Below are positions 9,716-19,770 of a stretch of DNA of 64,000 nucleotides, piece by piece. Position 1 is the first letter of the stretch; each line of letters opens with the position of its first letter. The DNA lies in the NCBI GenBank assembly GCA_963740315.1, contig CAVUDP010000002.1, forward strand, positions 3,520,001 through 3,584,000, given 5' to 3'. This DNA comes from an uncultured cyanobacterium (GTDB taxonomy: Bacteria; Cyanobacteriota; Cyanobacteriia; Cyanobacteriales; Nostocaceae). The position numbers were made by a program, and so were the translations under genes. The notes under the pieces are model-generated. The model did no database searches and had not been told where the DNA came from. It worked only from the letters and a program-made list of their open reading frames with translations.

Positions 9716-11605
9716 ATGCTTAGTTCTCCCGATTTAAGCTTTTGTCAAATCTTAACTAGTAATACATTTAATCAACTAGGAGAATTATTGCAGCAAATGA
9801 TTCCTTCTGTGGGAAATGCAGCAATAACCTTGACAGAAGCTATTTTGGTACGCATCCCGACTCCAGGAGACTGGCAAACGCAACATTTTACGGTAGTGGT
9901 TTCCCCTGGATTTAGCGGTTTATTAGTAGGTTTACCACATCCCGCCACGGACACAAATGATAGCGATTTTTCCGTAAATGCGAAGCTGACGTTTGAACCA
10001 AAAGAAATCATTAAGTTTCTTAGAACATTAAGAGATTTGTTTGAAAATGATTCCTATACTTATCAAAAACTCGAACAATATTCTCAAATTCCCGCTCTTA
10101 ATGATGCCACACTGCAAAGTCAATTTACAGTGCTGTTGTTAAAACACTTAACCACACAGCAAAATCAAGCTAACGCATCAAATCCTACAAATCAAATTTC
10201 TTGCGAACACGTTGAAAACGCTCTGGAAAAACAGGTTGCTCAAGAAAAACTTTTAAATCAAGTTATAACTCAAACTCGTAAAAGTTTGGATATATCAGTA
10301 ATAATTGCAACTGCGATCGCTCAAGTAAGAGAGTTTCTAGAATTAGATAGATTAGTAGTTTACAAATTTAACGAACCAAACCAAAACGATCGCGCCTATT
10401 CTTTGCATCAAAATTTACCAAAACCACACCCCTATACTGGTTGTGTTGTTCATGAAGTTTTGGCTAATGATACCATCTTTTCGGTATTAAATTACTCTGA
10501 AGAAAGATGTTTTAACCCGTCAACTAAATGTTGGGATAAGTTTCGTCAAGGTTTCACTTTAGCTGTAAGTGATGTCGAAAAAACTTATGCTCTTCAAGAG
10601 TGTTTATTAAAATATTTAAAAGAAATTAGAGTTAGAGCAAAGTTTGCCGCACCCATTGTATTTGAAGATAAACTTTGGGGTTTATTAATTGCTCATCAAT
10701 GCGATAGTACCCGCGATTGGACAGAAAGCGAAAAAATCTTGCTCACTTCAGTTGCCGAACAATTAGCGATCGCCATTCACCAATCTGAGTTAATGCAATC
10801 TCTAAAGTCGGATAAATTGACTTTAGAACAACGAGTCGATCGCACAACAATTGAACTGCACGATGCTTTGGTAGCCGCAGAAGCCGCAAATCGTCTCAGA
10901 AATGAGTTTCTCGCCACTATCAGTCATGAATTACTAACTCCGTTAACCTATGTAATTGGAATGTCATCTACACTACTTCGTTGGTCTTTTGGTGAATTAA
11001 CTCAGCGACAGCGAAATTATCTGCAAACTATTCATGATAGCGGCGAACGTTTGTTAGCAATGATTAATGACATCTTAGAATTATCACAGGTAGAGGCAGG
11101 TAAAGCAGTTTTAAATATTACTGAGTTTTCTTTAACCGATACAGTCAGAAACATTATAAATAATGGTTTGGCGGAAAAAGCAATAAAAGAACAAGTAAAT
11201 CTCAAACTTGATTTGCAAATTAACCCCCAAAAAAACAAATTTACTGCTGATGTTAGACGAGTAAATCATATTTTATCCAATTTATTAACTAACGCGATTA
11301 AATTTACACCCGCAGGTGGTAGCGTTATTTTAAGAGTTTGGATAGAAGATCGAAATGCCGTATTCCAAGTAGAAGATACAGGTATTGGCATCCCCGAAGA
11401 ACATTTATCTTTATTATTTGAAAAATTCCATCAACTTGATACTCCTTATCGCAGAAGTTACGAAGGTACGGGATTAGGTTTAGCTTTAACCAAACAACTT
11501 GTGCAAATGCATCGAGGCAGAATTGACGTAGAATCTAAAGTTGGTACGGGTTCAATTTTCACCGTATGGATACCCAATCAGTTAGCAGTGAGCAGTTACC
11601 AGTGA
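9716..11605 (+). CDS. GAF-HisKA-HATPase sensor kinase, CikA-like, with no receiver domain
   Basis: GAF (DRLVVYKF, KLWGLLIAHQC), H-box ISHELLTPL, N/G boxes (NAIKFT, DTGIGI, GTGLGL); ATG at 9716 preferred. Confidence 0.85.
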   Translation: MLSSPDLSFCQILTSNTFNQLGELLQQMIPSVGNAAITLTEAILVRIPTPGDWQTQHFTVVVSPGFSGLLVGLPHPATDTNDSDFSVNAKLTFEPKEIIKFLRTLRDLFENDSYTYQKLEQYSQIPALNDATLQSQFTVLLLKHLTTQQNQANASNPTNQISCEHVENALEKQVAQEKLLNQVITQTRKSLDISVIIATAIAQVREFLELDRLVVYKFNEPNQNDRAYSLHQNLPKPHPYTGCVVHEVLANDTIFSVLNYSEERCFNPSTKCWDKFRQGFTLAVSDVEKTYALQECLLKYLKEIRVRAKFAAPIVFEDKLWGLLIAHQCDSTRDWTESEKILLTSVAEQLAIAIHQSELMQSLKSDKLTLEQRVDRTTIELHDALVAAEAANRLRNEFLATISHELLTPLTYVIGMSSTLLRWSFGELTQRQRNYLQTIHDSGERLLAMINDILELSQVEAGKAVLNITEFSLTDTVRNIINNGLAEKAIKEQVNLKLDLQINPQKNKFTADVRRVNHILSNLLTNAIKFTPAGGSVILRVWIEDRNAVFQVEDTGIGIPEEHLSLLFEKFHQLDTPYRRSYEGTGLGLALTKQLVQMHRGRIDVESKVGTGSIFTVWIPNQLAVSSYQ

Positions 11606-11752
11606 GCAGTGAGCAGTTAGCAGTTAGCAGTTAGCAGTTAGCAGTTAGCAGTTAGCAGTTAGCAGTGAGCAGTTAGCAGTTAGCAGTTAGCAGTTAGCAG
11701 TTAGCAGTTAGAAATTCTACCCCCTCTACCCCCTCTACCCCCTCTACCCCCT
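11579..11752. repeat. STRR (CAGTTAG)n followed by (CTACCCCCT)x4
   Basis: Read directly. Confidence 0.95.
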
Positions 11753-11872
11753 CTCTAATTATGAAAATAAATCAATATAAACCTCTACTTTGTTACAGGG
11801 AATATGTCTTCATGTAGATTATCAATTGTTCGTTATTGATTGATAATTGATAATTGTTCATTGATAATTCTC

Positions 11873-12289
11873 ATGGCAAACCTTGTTGAAACTGCTACCG
11901 AGGCAGGATTTAAGACTTTAATTAAAGCGGTGCAAGCAGCAGAATTAACGGATTTTCTGAGTGCTTCTGATGTATATACCGTGTTTGCACCTACTGATGA
12001 AGCTTTTGCTAAGTTACCCGAAGGTACAATAGAATCCTTGTTGCAAGATACCCATAAATTGAAACAGATTTTAACTTATCATATTGCATTTGGTGATGTT
12101 CGTTCCGATGATTTAGCGCAGATTGATGAAGTACCAACTGTTGAAGGTTCAGTTTTCGCGGTTGAATCGCAGTCAGGAAAAGTAAAGTTAAATGACGCGA
12201 ATGTTGTTCAAAAAGATATTTTGGCAGACAATGGTGTAATTCATGCGATCGATTCGGTTTTAATGCCCGCTATTATTGCAGGACATTAA
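11873..12289 (+). CDS. Fasciclin (FAS1) domain protein
   Basis: YTVFAPTDEAFAKLP, ILTYHI, ADNGVIHAIDSVL. Confidence 0.92.
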   Translation: MANLVETATEAGFKTLIKAVQAAELTDFLSASDVYTVFAPTDEAFAKLPEGTIESLLQDTHKLKQILTYHIAFGDVRSDDLAQIDEVPTVEGSVFAVESQSGKVKLNDANVVQKDILADNGVIHAIDSVLMPAIIAGH

Positions 12290-12346
12290 ATTATTATCAA
12301 TTATCAATTGTTCATTATTAATTGATAATTGATAACTGTTCATTGT

Positions 12347-13803
12347 TTATTGACCTAAAATACATCCCGTGCGTGGAGGAATATTTAATGATAATCCTGA
12401 ATCTGCTTGATGATTCAATTCCACCTTATCGGTAGCATACAAAAGCTTATTTGGTTGCGATCGCAAGTCATTCATATCTACATTGGCTGTTGCAGAAGAA
12501 GTACCAACGTTAACCGCCACAATCAATTCTTCTTTGTCTAAAGTACGTGCAAATGCATATACTTCCCCTTCTGCAAACAATACTTTATACTCACCAGTAC
12601 GCAAGCAGGGGTGAGCGTGACGCAAAGCAATTAATTCGCGGTGAGTTTTGAGAATTTCTTTATCCCAATTAGCTTGTAGCGGAAAACCGCGTCGCGAATC
12701 TGGATCGAGCTTACCCACCAAACCAACTTCATCACCATAATATATGCTAGGGGGGCCGGATAAGTTAGTAAAAGTAAAGTTGCTAATTCAACGCTTTTTT
12801 TATCTCCATCAGCAATACTAATTAAGCGTGCGGTATCATGAGACGCAAGTAAGTTTAATTGAGTCAGTTGAATTTCCCAAGGATAAAGCTTTAATACTTC
12901 TTGAATTTTTTCAGCGTATCCAACAGCAGATAAAGCCGGATATGGTTCATAGTCGCGGTCTTTTACCTGATCGAGAATAACGCGATCGCCAGCTGTAAAA
13001 GCAATGGTTGGTGCGGTAAATAAATAATTCATTACGCCGTCAAATTGACTACCATCGAGCCATTCACGGGCATCAGTCCAAACTTCACCAACGATATAAG
13101 CTTCGGGATTAATTGCTTTAACTCTTTCCCGAAATTCTTGCCAAAAACCAGGGGTTCTAATCTCGAAAGGAACGTCTAAGCGCCAACCATCAATACCGAA
13201 TTTTATCCAGTATTCGGCGATTTCCATAATATATTCCCTTACTTCGGGATTATCGTGATTAAATACCGGCAAAGCTCGATTTCCATCCCAACCTTCGTAG
13301 TTTGCAGGTAAATCGCCAGTATAAGGTGCAAGGGGCCAGCCTTGTATTTTAAACCAATCTAACCAAGGTGAATGCGGACCATTTTCTAAAATATCATTAA
13401 AAAAGAAAAAGCCGCGACTGCTGTGATTGAATACGCCATCTAAAACCAGCTTAATATCTCGTGCGTGAGCAGCTTCTAATAAATCTTTAAAAGCAGGATT
13501 TCCACCCAATAAAGGATCTACCTGATAATAATCATGGGTATGATAGCGATGGTTGCTAGCTGATTGAAAAATAGGAGTAAAGTAAATTGCATTAACACCT
13601 AAATCCTGCAAATAATCTAACTGTTCCATTACACCCCATAAATCTCCTCCTTTATAGCCTTGGAGTGTAGGCATTTCATGCCAATCTTCCCAACTTGCAT
13701 TATTTAATAAACGCTTGCGAGGCTCTTTACTAATCGCGAATCTATCTGGAAAAATTTGATAGAAAACAGCGTGCTTAACCCAGTCTGGTGTTTGAACTTG
13801 CAT
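12347..13803 (-). pseudogene. GH13 neopullulanase/cyclomaltodextrinase-like glycosidase, frameshifted near 12750
   Basis: YQIFPDRF, DGVFNH, DGWRLDV, GEVW and SHDT motifs; after TYP the conserved SIYYGDEVG continues in another frame (ORF 12347..12721). Confidence 0.85.
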
Positions 13804-13968
13804 TTTTAACCCTGTATCTCTTCAGATGTCATATTTACAGATAACGGGTTCAAAGCAACTCACACCGTAGAAAGAGCTTTTAGTGAAAATTAGTTTGTAC
13901 AGAGTTTTTATAACCAGCGAGCAAGATGCTCGCACTCCCGGATATTTCTCATAACTTATGTGGCTCCT

Positions 13969-14560
13969 TACTACTAGTCTTCAAAAGTTTTGCTGGGCAA
14001 AAAGGTTCGTAGTAAGAGTTTTAACTCTCCGGATTTGGGGAACCTAAACCCTTACTACAAACCCTTTAAAATTAATGCAAAGGACTACTACTAGTCTTCA
14101 AAAGTTTTGCTGGGCAAAAAGGTTCGTAGTAAGAGTTTTAACTCTCCGGATTTGGGGAACCTAAACCCTTACTACAAACCCTTTAAAATTAATGCAAAGG
14201 ACTACTACTAGTCTTCAAAAGTTTTGCTGGGCAAAAAGGTTCGTAGTAAACGCTTTAGCGTCTCCGGATTTAGGGAACCTAAACCCTTACTACAAACCCT
14301 TTAAAATTAATGTGGTGGAGTACTATTAGTCTTCAAAAGTTTTGACGAGTAATAAAAGTTCGTAGTAAGGGCTTTAGCGTCTCCGGATTTAGGGAACCTA
14401 AGCCCTTACTACAAACCCTTTAAAATTAATGTGGTGGAGTACTATTAGTCTTCAAAAGTTTTGACGAGTAATAAAAGTCCGTAGTAAGGGCTTCAGTTTC
14501 CTTCCATGCGAGGTAACGACTCCTCAGACAGGAGAGTTAAAACTCTTACTACGAACCTTT
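13969..14560. repeat. Tandem array of about 4.5 units of 117-119 bp built from REP/MITE-like palindromic elements
   Basis: Unit starts CTA(C/T)TAGTCTTCAAAAG at 13971, 14088, 14205, 14323 and 14442. Confidence 0.95.
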
Positions 14561-14606
14561 CTACCCGTTAGAATAAATCAAAAGAACAAAAAAAGGCGAT
14601 CGCATA

Positions 14607-15107
14607 TTAAATTATTGAAGCATCAGACATTATTTGATCCGATTCAGCTACCATTATTTGGTTTTTATTAGGTTGAGTGGTAGATTTTAGAGATTTTAAT
14701 TGCTGTAGTGCATAACTTTTATCTTGCGGTGATAAATCATCATTGTTTTCGATAGTCTTTTGAATTTGGGCAAGAAGTGCTTTCATTCGAGGTGAAGCAG
14801 CTTCTCGCGAATCCTCTATTTCATTCACAACGTTAGCAACATCACCGCTAGTTTTAGCAAAAACCCCTTCTTGATAATTATCATCACCAATCGAAATTCC
14901 CACAGCATCCCCTTGAGGATTAATTGTAATTCCATTATCTTCAGACATAATCTCTCCTATTTGTTGATAAATTTGTACAGATAAATTAGGCTTTTGCAGA
15001 GCAGTTTGTAATATCGTTTCTAAACTATGAATACGAGCATTTTTTTCATTTAGCTGAATTACTAAAATAAGTAATATAGCTATTAAAAAACATAGAATAG
15101 GAAACAC
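14607..15107 (-). CDS. Hypothetical protein resembling the C-terminal module of Nostocales pentapeptide-repeat proteins
   Basis: N-terminal hydrophobic helix; LETILQTALQKP...KALLAQIQKTIE...LSPQDKSYALQQLK. Confidence 0.6.
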   Translation of the reverse strand: MFPILCFLIAILLILVIQLNEKNARIHSLETILQTALQKPNLSVQIYQQIGEIMSEDNGITINPQGDAVGISIGDDNYQEGVFAKTSGDVANVVNEIEDSREAASPRMKALLAQIQKTIENNDDLSPQDKSYALQQLKSLKSTTQPNKNQIMVAESDQIMSDASII

Positions 15108-15187
15108 GGAGCAGGCAATAGGTAAACTTCCTAACTATTCTGGTAATTGCTATACATATTAAAGGTAATTTATAAAGTAAAGGTTAA

Positions 15188-15339
15188 GAGGATGTTTGAA
15201 AAGCTATTAATATAACTCGAACCTTTTTAGATCCCCCTAAATCCTCCTTTCATAAGGGGGACTTTACCCCCCTTTCATAAGGGGGGAAGGGGGGATAATC
15301 TGAGAATTGCGCTAAAAACGATACTTTTAAAACATCCTC
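15188..15339. mobile_element. MITE with 16-bp TIRs and TAA target duplication
   Basis: TAA|GAGGATGTTTGAAAAG...CTTTTAAAACATCCTC|TAA (one mismatch); internal CCCCC..TTTCATAAGGGGG hairpins. Confidence 0.75.
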
Positions 15340-15411
15340 TAAGACTTAAGAAACCGGGTTTATATTTGGTAACTGATTACTGATTACTGATTACTGATTA
15401 CTCCCTCTGAC

Positions 15412-16773
15412 TCAATTTGAAACCTTTAATAAAGGATTCATAGACTGATTAAATTCACCATCTTTAAAACTTGCTTCCCAATTAGTAGGTAAACGTTGGG
15501 GATTTGGGTCTTCTGGAGTCGGTACCCGTAAAAATATATAATCACAATTGATGGGATATAGCAGAGTTTGTGGAGTTATATTCCAATCTTCTATATATGC
15601 TCCCGTCAAATTAGCGCTTCTTAAATCGGCTTTGTCTAATTGCGATCGCACTAGTTTAGCTCTAGAAATATCGGCGTTTCGCAAATTGGTTTCGGTGAGG
15701 TTTGCTCCAATAAAACTAGCATCTTTGAGATTTGCTCCTTCTAAATTAATTCCTCGCAAGTTCCAACCGTCAAATATTTTGTTTTGTAAATCTTTGTTGA
15801 CAACTATCTCGCGCATTTGAGCATTTTCTAAATAAGTTGTACTTACTGCTGCTAAATGCACTTTTTTAATTTCAAACCAGTTGGTGCGTTTAACTTTGGC
15901 TTTATTGAAATTAGCGCCCTTGAGTTTGGCTTGGGTAAAATCGGTATCAGTTAAATCGGCATGGCGAAAACTGGTACCATATCTGGTTATTAAAGAAATC
16001 GCCATCCTGCGGACAAAATTCTGCTTTCTATCTTCAGATATGGCACGACAACCGATATAAGCAGACAAAATTACTAAGATTAATGACACGGTACCAGCGA
16101 CTATCCCCGCTACCGGATTTACCATCATCGCATATACCGATACAATCCCAGCTATTATTCCCGCAACTGTGACGGCGATGATGACTGCGAAAATTCCAGC
16201 TATAGCTCCGGCGATCGCAGATGTAATTGTGACAAATACCGCTCCTACCGCAGTAACGATAACGGCTACCGTTCCCGTTGCTACCACCGCGACTATTGGC
16301 GCTATTTCATTTGCTTCTGACGAGAGCGCTAATCCACTCCAGACAACGGCTACAAACCCCGCCCACGCTACTGCGGTAACTACTGCTAAAGCTATGGCGA
16401 TCGCTAAAAATACGCAAGCTGCCAATAGTCCTTTACGGATGCTTAACAGAAAAAATACTGACAAAATTATTAAACAAGAAACACCCACATAAACATTATC
16501 GCGGGCACTATCAACTAAAATAAATCCTACTAGAGAACCACCAACAGCCGACATTAAACCACTGAGCGCCGATAGCAGTAGCGAAAAGAAAACTATAATA
16601 ATTGCCCAACGGCGTTGCAAACCCGCTTTTGTGTTGCTGAAGTTTCCACCTCTAAGAATAGCGTCAGTGAAGTCAGCGCCGCGAATGTCAGAATTAGAAA
16701 AGTCTACACCTGTTAAATCTTGTCCTTTAAATGATTTTCCTCTAAGTTTTGCACGGCGGTATTCTTGAGCCAT
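15412..16773 (-). CDS. Pentapeptide repeat membrane protein
   Basis: LRGKSFKGQDLTGVDFS, Ala/Val/Gly-rich TM region, GTSFRHADLT, LTGAYIEDWNI. Confidence 0.9.
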   Translation of the reverse strand: MAQEYRRAKLRGKSFKGQDLTGVDFSNSDIRGADFTDAILRGGNFSNTKAGLQRRWAIIIVFFSLLLSALSGLMSAVGGSLVGFILVDSARDNVYVGVSCLIILSVFFLLSIRKGLLAACVFLAIAIALAVVTAVAWAGFVAVVWSGLALSSEANEIAPIVAVVATGTVAVIVTAVGAVFVTITSAIAGAIAGIFAVIIAVTVAGIIAGIVSVYAMMVNPVAGIVAGTVSLILVILSAYIGCRAISEDRKQNFVRRMAISLITRYGTSFRHADLTDTDFTQAKLKGANFNKAKVKRTNWFEIKKVHLAAVSTTYLENAQMREIVVNKDLQNKIFDGWNLRGINLEGANLKDASFIGANLTETNLRNADISRAKLVRSQLDKADLRSANLTGAYIEDWNITPQTLLYPINCDYIFLRVPTPEDPNPQRLPTNWEASFKDGEFNQSMNPLLKVSN

Positions 16774-17109
16774 TTTCAATTGCACGTCGATAGGGGACGT
16801 ATTTTTTAACTAAATATGAATTATAAACTCGCTTCCGTCTGAAGTCTAAAATAAAAGCCTTTGAGAAAGCTTGTTTTTCAGACTGCATAAACAAAGAGAC
16901 ATACAAATTTTAAGTTATTTGCTTAGAATCCTACCACAGCAATTTATTGGTAATTCTTATTTACATCTAAAACAAGACAAAATCGCGGACATAAATATCC
17001 GTCTAGCTAGGGTTAGGAGTCTCGCGTTTTATCAAAGCCTTATTCTTACTGCCTACTCCCTTGTCCTAATTACAATTATCAACGCCAAGCTACTTATACC
17101 TGCGGCTTA

Positions 17110-18081
17110 TCACTCAACTGGCTTAGTTTCAATTTTTAAGCCAGGTAGCCCCTCAAGTTTTTCGGCAGGCTCTTCTAATGAGGTGACTGGCACGAAAATA
17201 GTTAAGCTAGAGGGAATGCATTCAATTTCAATGGGAGTCGTACCAATAATTTCTCCATCCATCACAACTTTCTGCGGTGGTGAGGTGCTAACTTGCAAAC
17301 GTTTGGCTTGCAGATAGCCAATATCATCTCGTTTAGTCGCTTCGTCTCGAAACGCCGTTTGTAATAAATGGTAGGCTGATGCGATCGCCTCAATACGGTT
17401 GGCGGGAGCAACAATTGTGATATCTAATAAGCCATCGTCAGCAATTATACCTGCTGGTCCTTGAGCCAAAATCGAGGTAGGCGGGGCAGCATTGGCGATT
17501 GTTAACGCAGCAGCAGTAACGGTAATTACTTGCTCGTCCGTTTCTATTTTTGCCTCGAACTCAGAGGAGCCTAACTCTCGCAGTTTTTCAAGACCAGAAA
17601 GAACGTAAGCTAACATCCCATAACGATTTTTGGCTTCTCTGTCTGCACTTTCAACCGCTTCGGCTTCAAAACCTACTCCAGCTAGTAGTATCATTGGCTT
17701 ACCGTTACAGCGTGCCGAATCAATCACTCGTGTTTTTCCAGCTAAAATAGTTTGACAAGCCGCTTCGATTGTATCGGGAATTCCCAAAGCTGCTGCAAAA
17801 GCGTTTGCTGTCCCCCGTGAAATAATGCCCAAAGGAATCTTTGTCTCTACTAAAGCTTCTGTTGCGGCTGAAAGAGTACCGTCTCCTCCAGAAGCAATAA
17901 CGCTCTCAACACCATTAGCCACTGCTTGACGAGCTAATTCACCCGCATCAACTTCTTCGGTGGTGAACTGAATATCTAGCTTTATTTCTGGCTCTAGAAG
18001 CGAACGGATTTGCTTTAAATCTGCTTCTGAGTCGCCTTGACCGGACACTGGGTTAAAAATAAGACAAGCTGAACGAGTCAT
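17110..18081 (-). CDS. YegS/Rv2252/BmrU diacylglycerol kinase family lipid kinase
   Basis: IFNPVSG, SGGDGT, GTANAFA, DGE. Confidence 0.92.
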   Translation of the reverse strand: MTRSACLIFNPVSGQGDSEADLKQIRSLLEPEIKLDIQFTTEEVDAGELARQAVANGVESVIASGGDGTLSAATEALVETKIPLGIISRGTANAFAAALGIPDTIEAACQTILAGKTRVIDSARCNGKPMILLAGVGFEAEAVESADREAKNRYGMLAYVLSGLEKLRELGSSEFEAKIETDEQVITVTAAALTIANAAPPTSILAQGPAGIIADDGLLDITIVAPANRIEAIASAYHLLQTAFRDEATKRDDIGYLQAKRLQVSTSPPQKVVMDGEIIGTTPIEIECIPSSLTIFVPVTSLEEPAEKLEGLPGLKIETKPVE

Positions 18082-18606
18082 TAATTATGAATTCCTAAAA
18101 CAGCAGATTTTTAGTTAGATTTTTAGTTAGATATTAAGCTCTAATGCCTCGAATTAATCTAAAATTTAGGAATTTTTGCATGAGTTGAAAAGCCTAATCT
18201 ACTCTAATAATTAATTAGACATTATTAAACTCATTTACTCTTCTATCTTAAGTATCAATCTATTGCAATTAATGTGAACCCATCAATTAGGTTTTTTTCG
18301 CAACGCCGCTTTTTATCCGTTTTTATCTTCTCCAAACTAAAGACAATCCATATTGTTTAATGTATTAAAAAAACCGATGCTTGACAAGGCAGCGCGTTGA
18401 GGAACACGCACCGTTGTAGCGACTGCCGCGCGGAGAGCGCAGAGAAAGAGATAGAAAGAGAAGGAAGTAAAAGAGATTTAAAACGTTATTTCTGAAGAGT
18501 TTTTTATTTTATTCCAATTATCTGGGATAATAAATCCAGTTTTTCTATTTTCAGAACATTTTCTAATAAGAACAGTTAAAATGATAGCAACAAAAAATTT
18601 TTATAA

Positions 18607-19770
18607 ATGTCTAAAATAATTCAAAGATTTAAAAACTGGATTTTTGAAAGTCGTAGCTTTTTGTTTTCTTGGTATAGCAAAGACCGCAATCAAATACAAG
18701 AACCAGTAAAATCTCTAGTTGAATTACCTCCATCTGTAATAGAAAAATTAATTGCAGCAACAGAAAAATTATCTGATAATCCTACAGATACTGAAGCAAT
18801 TCGCTCTTGTATTGATGAAGCATTTGAACAATGGCGCAACTGTCCTAAAAGTGCGGAAAATTCAATTGTGATTTTGAGCAGCCCCGTAATGGTAGTATCG
18901 CGTATTATCATGACGATTCTGGAAAAATGGGCAACAGAAAAACAGGTATCAGTTAAAATATTACCTTGGAATTCTAGACCAGCAAACCCAAATTCGATTC
19001 AATCAAAACTACAGAAATACTTAGAACAAGAAACAGAAGAAACTGCCAACGAACAAACACAAGTAATAGTTATTCCTAACTTAAGCTGGTGTTTTCTGCG
19101 CTCGATGGATGGTTTGGATGGGATTGATTATTTACAAAAAATGTTATTACACAATCCTTCTCGATTTTGGATAATCGCGACGGGTGAAATTACTTGGGAG
19201 TATTTAAATTCAATCTCCGATATCGAAGCCGATTGCGGTGGAGTTTTTTGTTTACCAAAACTCAAAAGCGACAGTTTACGGCATTGGCTCAAACCGATTT
19301 TATCAGAATTAAATATTACTTTTGCCGATCCGCGCTTAGAATCACAGATTTTAGGAGGAGATCAAAATGCGGAAACTATCTACTTTGAAGATTTAATCTC
19401 GGTTTCCACAGGAGTTAGTGTTATTGCCTTACAAGCTTTTCTCGCTTCGATTTGTTATGATCCCGGCGAAGAGAATCAACAACAAGCAATTCTCCAAGCT
19501 CAAAGCCCAGAATTACCGAACTTACCACACTTAGAATCAGTAGATCATTATCTATTATATTTTTTATTGCTGCATGGAGATATAACTTTACCTGCTTTGG
19601 CTCATAGTATCGGAGATAGTGAATCCAAAGTACGCAAAAGAATTAAATTTTTACATGGTGAAGGTTTAGTTAAGGAACAGGACGAAATCTTAAAAGTTAA
19701 TTCGATTTACTATCCCAAATTGAAACAAGAATTGCTCAATAACAACTTTGTGATTAATGAGTTTAACTAA
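18607..19770 (+). CDS. Conserved hypothetical protein with probable C-terminal wHTH, coupled to MscS
   Basis: 387-aa ORF whose stop overlaps the mscS start (TAATG); LLLHGDITLPALA helix-turn-helix-like end. Confidence 0.7.
   Translation: MSKIIQRFKNWIFESRSFLFSWYSKDRNQIQEPVKSLVELPPSVIEKLIAATEKLSDNPTDTEAIRSCIDEAFEQWRNCPKSAENSIVILSSPVMVVSRIIMTILEKWATEKQVSVKILPWNSRPANPNSIQSKLQKYLEQETEETANEQTQVIVIPNLSWCFLRSMDGLDGIDYLQKMLLHNPSRFWIIATGEITWEYLNSISDIEADCGGVFCLPKLKSDSLRHWLKPILSELNITFADPRLESQILGGDQNAETIYFEDLISVSTGVSVIALQAFLASICYDPGEENQQQAILQAQSPELPNLPHLESVDHYLLYFLLLHGDITLPALAHSIGDSESKVRKRIKFLHGEGLVKEQDEILKVNSIYYPKLKQELLNNNFVINEFN

Noticed and set aside
13969..14560. CRISPR array
   Set aside because: Whole 117-119-bp units repeat with no unique spacers; no cas genes or leader in the window
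16871..17317. 148-aa plus-strand ORF and other antisense shadow ORFs (e.g. 37736..38134, 38791..39270, 59244..59678)
   Set aside because: Antisense to well-supported genes; no independent motifs
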